Origin: Paramecium tetraurelia
Lineage: Eukaryota
DNA length: 64,000 bases
Reading direction: 5' to 3'
NCBI GenBank assembly: GCA_000165425.1
Contig: CT868596.1
Coordinates: forward strand, 62,001-126,000
Part shown: in pieces, positions 55,207-64,000 of the stretch
Layout of the letters: every line of letters begins with the position of its first letter
How positions within the stretch are numbered: position 1 is the first letter of the stretch
Program-made: the position numbers and the translations under genes
Notes under the pieces: generated by a model
Database searches by the model: none
The model's input: the letters and a program-made list of their open reading frames with translations, nothing else
Told to the model about the DNA's origin: nothing

Positions 55207-56885
55207 ATGATCAATTTTCTTTCTAAAATGCAATTCGCAGTCACCAAACTACCTCAAATGGTGAAGGGTGTATTACCTCAAAAATTTGAATAGCTTGTAT
55301 GAATTAATTCATAATCTTAAGGTGTATATAGATCTGGTTTTGCAGAGTATCAATTAAATGAAAAATGCAGAGAAAGATTTATTTTTATTGTCTTCTAAGC
55401 ATTTTTACTTAATCACTAATTATTATGAACAATGCACTTATGAAGAAATGAAATCGGAATTAAAAAAGCTATAAATGGAAGATTTGAAGAGCATTTTGCT
55501 AACTAATGCATAAGAGATATTGAAATCAGTTTAAATTATATTCTATTTTAGAAACAAATTTCAGTAGCCAATTTCATTTCCATCATCCCCATTTTGAGTA
55601 AGAATTTTAATTTGAATGAATTTTCGTATTTGATCGAAGAACAACTAAAGGAAATGCTTGTAGTTGTAAAAGATCGCAATGAGTGCAAGAAGTTCTCCAA
55701 CATTAGTCTAACCAGATTTTGCAAATCCATGGGATACTTATTAAGAGCTATCGATAACCAAAATCTTAAACAACACTATTAAAGTTTTATATTTTAGATC
55801 ATCTTAAACAAGCCCAATACATAATTGAGACACATATACTCCATGCTCCATTAACTGCAATTTATTAAATACAACTAAATCATTTCCTATCTGAATTAGA
55901 AACAATTGGCTGTCGAAGCCTCTAAGTTCATTCTATAAAGATTTAGAGCTCAACTTAATCTTGAACCTGAAATTTCATAAAATCCAGAATTTTATTCACA
56001 ACTATCCTCAGTATAGTATTTAAAATATCGTAGTTTCTAATAAAGACAAATTACTTGTCCTAAGAGGATGCCTTATTCATAGAAGAATAGTTGTTAAAAA
56101 ATGTCTAATTCAAGGAAGAAAAAGTCGAATTTGCCTATTTGAAGCTTATGTTTTGTTAGTTGGGTAAAGTGGGAGTTGGAGAAAAAATAATCAAAAAAAT
56201 GCTTAATGTTCATAAGAAGATGCAATTGGAAAAGGAATTCCTACCTTATTATTTGATGTCTCTCTTGTATTTTCAAGCCAGTCGCATAATGGATTAATTC
56301 AAGTTGAATCCCACTAGATAAAACATGGAAAGACTCATTAAGGAACCTCATTTTGCTTAACCTTTAATTGATCAAGCGCTTGAAGCCATCAAAGATTTTG
56401 GATATGCCTAAGTCGCCTTCCCCTAAGAATCAATTAATTAAACTAAGATCTGCTAGGCTCTATTGAAATGCTTCAACGTTAAATTATTTGAAGAAGAAAA
56501 TATCGATGTCTCATCTATTCAAAAAAATTCTACACCAGGAAGAACAAATGAAATAAATAGTGACGTTGAAGATTTTCTATAATCTAAAGGGATTCAATAC
56601 ATTAAAGAATATTCTGATGGATCCTATTCGTATGATTATTGGATACCTAATATGAACACTATTATTGAGTGCGATGGATCCTTCCATTACCAAACTAATT
56701 CCTATGATAAAAAGGATGGTTCAACCTCGGCAAGAGATTTCCTCATTTTGAATTCAAATCGAAAGCTTATATCAATCAATTGGTTTAAACAAAGAGAAAA
56801 CAGGTTTAAAGAAGACAAATTTGGATATATATCTTAATTATGGAGTAAAATAGAAAAGAACCCTGATATTATCTATGCTGAATGA
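55207..56885 (+). CDS. RAP-domain protein (FASTK-like), probably mitochondrial
   Basis: Presequence-like MINFLSKMQFAVTK; C-terminal KEYSDGSYSYDYWIP..IIECDGSFHY..GSTSARDFLI...LISINW. Several introns. Confidence 0.88.
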
Positions 56886-56974
56886 ATATTTATTATTGAG
56901 TTCATTATGTTACATATGTCAATTAATTATTTTACATAATTAGAATATTCATTTAACATTTAATATAACTTAAC

Positions 56975-58677
56975 TCATGCATCGATCTGATAATGCTTTC
57001 TCAAAAACTCCATTTATTCATTATCTTTTTGGTTAAAAGAACTCAAACTTTTAAATTCCTCTACTCCTCTTATTATATGTTTTTTAAGTTCAGGTATTAA
57101 TGTAATTTTTTTTTGAGTCTTTTGATCAAATTCTCTTAAAATCACAAGAATCGAAAGAATAGATGCTAAATTAAATTCCTTATTCAAAAACCTTACAAGC
57201 CCCTCCTATACTTTAATAGACATCTCATTTTATGGATCATGCAGTTATAAATACCTTAAGATCTCTCTTAGTAATGGTTAATCCTACTATTCATTTAATT
57301 TAAGCGTTTGAATTTAGGCAAATATCAGGGGATTTTTCTGAGACACAGAATTGATAGCAGCTAAAATTCCAAGAGCAGCGTAATTGTCTATATCCTTAAT
57401 TCTGCTTTGAATTCCTACCAAATACTTCTCTATCATATTTTGATCTATTCTTCTAAGACTTTTAAGCACAAAAAGAATCATAGATACATGGTGCAAGGGC
57501 AAATCCTTTGGTACGACTTTTTATTGTATTTTAGTCACAAATTATTCTTTTAGATCCTGATTTAGATTCATAAAATGAATGGCCTTAAACAATTCTGCGT
57601 AACTTTAAGAATTTATAGAATCCATGTTCTCATATAAATGTCTAATTTAAAATATAATTTACTAAATTAATCGATTGCCTAATTGAGGTGTCATTTTTTT
57701 TATTATCCATTATATTTACTGTTAAAGATACTACATTATATATTGGCATTTCGTTCAAATTTCTAGAGTTGATTTCATTCAATATGAGATCCCATTTTGC
57801 AGATTAAATTAGGTCCTTACTTTTTGAGAATATCTCAATATATTAAAGTAATTCAAATGAATTTAAAGCTGATAGATTTTCCTAAATGTAATTGTGAGAA
57901 TTTGAATAATTAGAAAATAATTATTTTTGAATTCGTTTATCTTCAAATTATGGCTAAATAATATTTTCAGAATATTACATATTAGTGCTTTAACATCATA
58001 TAATATTTTAACAACATGAATCTACTCAAAACGTTTGTTAATTTCGGTTAAGTAATTTCGATTTATTCAATTTAATTAATAAAGCTATCGATTATTTAAC
58101 TTTCTACATTTTTAAAGTACTCATCATGCCCCTATTCTTTTTTTCTCCATTATATTTGCTGTATCACTATAAACAGTCTCCAAAGAAGTTCTTCAGGTGT
58201 TTAGGGTGCTTATTCGAGCAACTCATTTTAGAGTTTAGTGGCTGCTTCTTTACTTTAATCTAGGACCTTATGAAAACCAGAATTCTGAAATATAGTTAAG
58301 TAGAATAAGCATTTTTAAATATAAGTTGCATTTAAACCTATTTAGTTTAATACATTTTCGAAGATTTATTTATCATACACATTTTTATTTAAAGCACTTT
58401 CCACATAGCAACTAAGAGATTGGATAAAATAGTTAAACTCCTATTGGTCTAAGTCTTTAAAATCTCTTCCGATTAAACTGATAAATTAAGGGAATATTCC
58501 TTTATTAAACTCCTTTGAATTGAATTGTGCAACCATGATTTAGTGATACCCGATAGTTTATTTGATTCCCTTATAGGTAATAGGTGTCTTTAGGCAAAGA
58601 TCGAAGTATTTTGTCAACTTTTCTGTATCCTTTAAAAGAATGGATTTCCCTTAACAAAAAGCCTTAAATAATTTCAT
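56975..58677 (-). CDS. Hypothetical helical-repeat protein, possibly mitochondrial
   Basis: One open frame from ATG 58677 (MKLFKAFCQGKSILLKD...) through a 25-nt intron near 57955-57979 to ...YQIDA*. Amphipathic helical pattern. Confidence 0.75.
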
Positions 58678-58704
58678 TAAAATATATTCAATTTTAAAAA
58701 TTTA

Positions 58705-61700
58705 TCATATAAACCAAGTCTCCTCAGTATACTCATCATTGTCTAATGGCAATAAAATTTAATCAAATATAAAATTGCCACACACAGGACAATCCTTATA
58801 TAAAATATCATTAAGTTCTGATTGAAATTTCTTTTATTATTCATTTCTAGCATTTCTTTAATTATTTAAAGTAATTTAATTCGAAGCAGTGAAAAATCCA
58901 AAAATCGATTCATCAGGCTTACTTTAGTTTGTTTGTATTTACAGTTTTTCAATGTCATTTAACTATTTTTCTAAATAGAGCATACTTTGATAAGTCTTTT
59001 AATCCAATACAGTTGGATTACTTTTAACATATTGAAGAATGCATTCCCTATGAAAACCATGTGAACACTCAAAAACAATATAATCCTCTTGGAAAAGTTT
59101 TCTAAAGCAATTTTCGCATTTAGTTTTCTAGGATACAAAAATGTACCTATTACTAGTTTGTAGCAATAGCTTTTTTAAATTTTCATTTGATTTGATGTAT
59201 CCTTCAAGCTCATTTTGCTGTTTTTCAACTTAATCATGATATTCCTCCAAAGTTTCACAGATTTCGTCTTTGAAATCGTCTAATTTAATATTCTAAGTCA
59301 AATAAGGTAGAATATCTTCTGCCTTAATTAGGGGAATTTCTCTAGTTAATTGAACTATCTATTTAACGTATTTGCCACCTTTCTCCAACATCAATCTAAT
59401 TTATAGAATCCACAATTATCTTTATTTGTTATTGTCTTCACATTTTAATGCAATATTCTTAGCATCCTCAATAAGATCTATTTCAATGGCCTTTTTGATG
59501 GCATTTTCAAAATCGCCTAACATTTGCAGTATATAAACATATGGCTACAATAAATTAGTCTTCACGAACAACTAAGATGCATAATTCAAATCAAATTTAA
59601 TCTTTTCTCCGTTTTCGTTTTAGTTAATTTGTTCATTAATGTAATACATAATTTGCTCAACCTTCCCAAGATCTGCCAGATATTGAAGATAAAGGTTGTT
59701 AAAATTTATATCTGTGATCTTGCGAGACTTCACAAAGATACAATATTGCATAAATTGAATGGCTAATTCTTTGCTTTTGGAAGGAACATCCAGCAAAATT
59801 GAAAGCATTTTTTGTGCATCCAAGGCATCGATTTTCTTAAATAAATCTAAGGTTTATTATGTATTGTATTTCATGATAACATAGGAGTATTTATAGACTA
59901 GATTAATTAGTAAATCATTATCATTTAAAGATGATAGTTTCTCTTAGACAGATCTATAATCTTCTTAAATCAATAGGTTTTAAACAACTGTTTTATGATC
60001 CTATTTCAATTCGATGAAATAAGTTTCTAAGTAAGTTAATCCATGGACTTTCAATGTAGGTATGACTGAATCTACTTCCAAGTCAGTTTTATATTATTCC
60101 AGAAAGGCTTTGATCGTTCCTTAATTTGTGATTGAGAGCATGAGAAGTTCCAAAATCTTTTTGAATACAATTTACTTTAATTCTTTATCCAGTAGTTCAA
60201 CCATAGGTTTAAGATAGTTTTCTATGGTAATATTAATTAAACTGACATACCTATCAGACCATCCCTATTGTAATTGATTTCTCCCATTTCATATTGTAAA
60301 ATGACTTATTCATAAGATCTATTGCTACCAAAGTAATAGAGGGCAGCTTTTCGATATAATTCGAATTTCATATCAACAATCTCCGTTGAAATTTGAACCT
60401 TCTCAATTTTGTCATCGAATAGACTTTCTCTCATGTTGCTTCTGTTATGTCTGCTTCTCATAAAAGTGTTATCAGAAATATCATTTTGAATATTTTCATT
60501 ATTCGGAGTCTTGAATGGATCTAGCTGTAAGGCTTGGCTGAAAAGTATGTCTGCATATTTGCCTGATATCTAGAGATCACAATACATAAAATACCTGACC
60601 ATAAAAGGGGGAATCATATTTTTTATTTACAAGCAAGGCTTCTTCATAGGATTTGAGTTCTAGCAATTGTTCCCAAGCATCCTTGTCTTCGAATTCAACG
60701 CTAATTCTAAAGATGCCATTGGTGCACCACACCCAAAAGCATTCAGTTCCCTAATCATATAACATTCCTAAAGCCTTGCCTGAGGAGTTGATATTAATAT
60801 CGAAGTATGCCACAACGGACATAGATAGTAAGTTGATAACAGTCAGGGTGTCAAAGGTTAATAGATAGTAATGATATTTAGTGAGTCCTAACCCATAGAG
60901 TTACTCTAATTTAACCTCTTCTGTTGAATTTCGTTTATAATTTTTAAGTTTTTTGGAATTCTAAAAGGTTTGATTTTCGATTAGCATAGAATAGTTAGAC
61001 AGCAGTATATTATTGCCATTAGTCCATAAAATGGCAGAGTTCTCTATAAAGATTCTTGGGATGTAGGATTTGTCTTTGAGTGCAATTCTAGATTTCAGAA
61101 ATAGATCAGGGGCTTCTTGATATTTTTAAAAGAGTTTCCTGAGATCTTTTGTGCCATTCAAAATATAGATGTGCTTATCTGTGACAATCAAAATCATATG
61201 AATAGTGTTCTTCACGACTTTTTTAACATCTACAATTTTTTCGATTTCAGGTATTTATAGGATGGTTTTGCTCAAGACTTCAGTGTGCAAAAGTTTATCA
61301 TTATTATAATTAAGTGAGTAGGTATAGATTTTATTGTTGGATGCTATAATAATAGAATTTTGGAATGAGTAAAGTGAGCCTTCTCCCCACAAGAAAAAAC
61401 GAATGCTGTAATTTTCAACTCCTTCTAAAAGTCGAACTTCTTCTTCATCTTTGCAAGCGTGATAGACATCCCCTTTATTTGAGGTCACAATGATGTGATT
61501 TCCTTTAGGTTCCAAGAATATGCAATCCAATTTGCCTTCTTCAGAATCCATCCTTTTCGAGCGTTTCGTTGATGCATTGAAGAGAGGTTTGGTAACTTTG
61601 GAAACTGTATTGAGAACAGCCCCTCCTATTTGTTTACCTACTTGTCCACTCAATTTCATAATCTGATCTGTAATGTCTCCTTCAACTTCAGTTTTGATTG

Positions 61701-61944
61701 GCAATTCAACACATCCATCTTCGTTTAGGAATCTCCATCGATATATCTTTTTCCTGTCAGTTGTGAAGACAATGCAATGATCATTGATTGCAAATGAGAT
61801 CAGATTCTAATCAAGAGGGAAATCGGCAATTTGGAATGGCTTGAGTTAGAATGTATTCTTTTCTTCCTATTCTTGAGACTCGAATCCGTAATCCGCAACC
61901 AAGTCTTCATCATTTTCATCGAATAGAGAAATTTAATCTGTCAT
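58705..61944 (-). CDS. VPS18: Vacuolar protein sorting 18 (Pep3/Vps18, HOPS/CORVET)
   Basis: IFLEPKGNHIIV, LTKYHYYLL, FEDKDAWEQLL, SNRSYEQVILQ, C-terminal RING CENC..CSHGFHREC..DCPVCG..ETWFI*. Confidence 0.92.
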
Positions 61945-61982
61945 ATGTTATCCAATTATTTATTGATGTATTGATAATCAAA

Positions 61983-63170
61983 TCAATTTCTGCTGGCAAT
62001 GAATTGAGCAGTGGTGGATAACTTCTCGCTGATGTGCTCTTAGAGTCTGTCAACAATTTCTTATTAGGCAGTTCTAATAAACTAGAATGATGGGGATACC
62101 TTTCAGCAGTTTGGGTTTCATAGATTTCTGATTAGACTGCATACCATGCTTATTATCCAGCAAGTCTCTCTTCACTGTTTTCCAATTCAAGAGTATGGAA
62201 TTCGATCCATGATTAAGCATCTTCGATTGTGTCCTTTTATTCTTAGATTTAGACTTCCAATTAGGCTTTTCTTTCGACCAATCTGGTGTGTTCATTGCTC
62301 AAATGTACAGAGAATTCAGCCCAATGAGCAGCTTATCTATCCTCAACATCCTTAAATATTAAATTTGAATGAATACAGTCTTGGCAGCTTTTTCTGAGAC
62401 TAATTATTATCTGATTTCGCTCAAGAGTTAAGCAATCTTGGTCAATGCCTTTTAGTTAACTCCGTGGGTTGCCAATTCAGTAAGAGCAGTGATGACTGGC
62501 TATTTAAAGTAGGGTAATCAATCATACTTGCAACAATGCAGTGTGGGATGTGTTGTCTGAAAGCTTTTTGTGGAGTGTGTCGTATTTGCTCTTCAATTAA
62601 GCAAATGAGGCTCCAAGGCTCAAATGTTGGATCAATTTAGCGGCTTCGTCAATAGCATCAATCACATCATCAATAGCAGCAACTTTTGATACAAAGGTTT
62701 CGTGTTATTAGTTTCTTGTGGCTTCCTCTCTTGCATAGGTAGCTTCATTGCTAGCGATATCTGAAATGGTCACTCTGATATCTTCTTCAGACACTGCAAG
62801 TGCTTCAATTGTATCGTCTCTCAATTAGGTATTTGAGGAAATTTAGTTTTAGTGATACAAAATCTCCTTTTTCCAAATCTTCAACGATCTAAAGGATTAA
62901 TTAAATAGAATCAACTCTGTTGTTTGTTGTTGTGTCAAGTTCAAAAGCATGATCATGGTCGTTCTAGTCTTAGACGAGTCCTGCTCCAACACCATTCAAT
63001 AACATATTAACTTCATTGGCTGGGGTTGAGGCTTAAAGGTGGGCCTTTATGGCACTCAACACAACATGGCCGAATGGGTCAGCGTTGATTTAAGCCAAAG
63101 TTGTGTGGGTGTCAACGAACTTGGCAGCAGTCACAGCAAGAACCAAAGCTAAGAGAGCTATTTTTTACAT
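61983..63170 (-). CDS. Trichocyst matrix protein, T4-like
   Basis: Signal peptide MQKIALLALVLAVTAA; DLEKEILYHQNQI, DAIDEAAKLIQHL, QAANWAEF..LSNEHTRLVERK resemble recalled T4 TMP. 2 introns. Confidence 0.9.
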
Positions 63171-63418
63171 TTTTAATATTAATTTAAAAACGGATCGAGC
63201 ACTTCATTTATACTCATTTTAAACTATAATATTATATAATTAATATTTTCCCCACCTCTCCTGTCTCCCCATCTCACTTAATCCTCCCAATTCTTGCATA
63301 TCCCCTCTCCACTCTTGTTGAACTCAGCTCTCTCTTTTTTTATTATTATTTTTCAATTTAATAATTAACACTTCTTAAACATACTTAAACAAAGTATAAC
63401 ATATATTTTATATAATAT

Positions 63419-64000
63419 TCAAGCCTGCTTAATTCTTTATTATGGCGAACTAAACTAATGGTATCCATGGTCTCTTCTTTACGCTTAAGGCGATAAAGGT
63501 CGTCGTGGTTCAAAATCCCTTCCACCAGGTCCTCCCCTTTATAATTATTCTCCACCTCTTGGGTATTGGGGAGGATAATCTCCCCTATAGAACTCATTAG
63601 ATGGGCCTCCTCTTTGAGGATATCCTCCTGCTCTTCTGTATTCCCCTGGAGGTGGTTATCCTCTAAACTCTTAAGGTGGCAATCCTCTTGGATCCATTCC
63701 TCTCCCATATTCAGGAGGAGGTCCTCTATAATTGGCAGGAGGCATTCCTCTATATTCAGGAGGGGGAATTCCTCTTTAATCAGGATGAGGAGGTTTTCTG
63801 AAATCAGGAGGTGGCCCACCTCTGTATTCTGGAGGAGGCAAACCTCTGCACTCTTAAGGTGGCCCACCTCTATGATCAGGTGGAGGTCCACCTCTATACT
63901 CCAAGGGGGGTCCTCTATAATCATGAGGAGGTCCTCCTCTGTGATCTAATGGTGGTCCTCTATAATCAGGAGGAGGCCCATCTCTTGATGGTACATCTCT
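63419..64000 (-). CDS. 3' part of a protein with (D/E)YRGGPPP repeats (RGG/Pro-rich, putative RNA-binding)
   Basis: RDGPPPDYRGPPLDHRGGPPHDYRGPPLEYRGGPPPDHRGGPP...QQRIKQA*; TGA at 63421-63419. Start lies outside the window. Confidence 0.85.

Noticed and set aside
58126..58518. Plus-strand code-6 ORF MPLFFFSPLY...
   Set aside because: Lies antisense within the continuous 56975-58677 minus-strand gene.
63385..63949. Two long track ORFs (63385-63924 minus, 63566-63949 plus)
   Set aside because: Wrong-frame and antisense readings of the GC-rich YRGGPPP repeat; the third minus frame gives the coherent protein.

Overview
Gene-dense, very AT-rich ciliate macronuclear DNA, almost certainly Paramecium. 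It uses genetic code 6 (TAA/TAG = Gln, TGA the only stop), has 20-31 nt GT..AG introns, very short intergenic spacers and two trichocyst matrix protein genes. The supplied ORF track uses the standard code and ignores introns, so it gives only fragments and shadow ORFs. Manual code-6 translation yields about 39 protein-coding genes. Recognisable ones: alpha-COP, a stomatin-like protein, CEP131, LRRCC1-like, T1- and T4-type trichocyst matrix proteins, RPSA, an AGC kinase, a Puf protein, SF-assemblin, Naa60-like, a TM RING-H2 ligase, a WASP-like protein, NADP-IDH, Pop5, THEM4-like, Cdh1/Fzr, CFAP157, a bromodomain-ET protein, a TPR protein, a giant HIBCH-like protein, a PAS multi-TM protein, a RAP-domain protein and Vps18. 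I saw no rRNA, tRNA, CRISPR array, transposon or telomeric array. Most notable: a full-architecture WASP with degenerate CRIB and WH2 motifs, and a ~1200 aa apparently non-catalytic HIBCH/mS47-like protein. Also notable are several active-site or motif substitutions, a one-exon-per-repeat TPR gene, probable decayed genes, and an unexplained purine-rich intergenic tract. Family assignments come from recalled motifs; no database searches were run.
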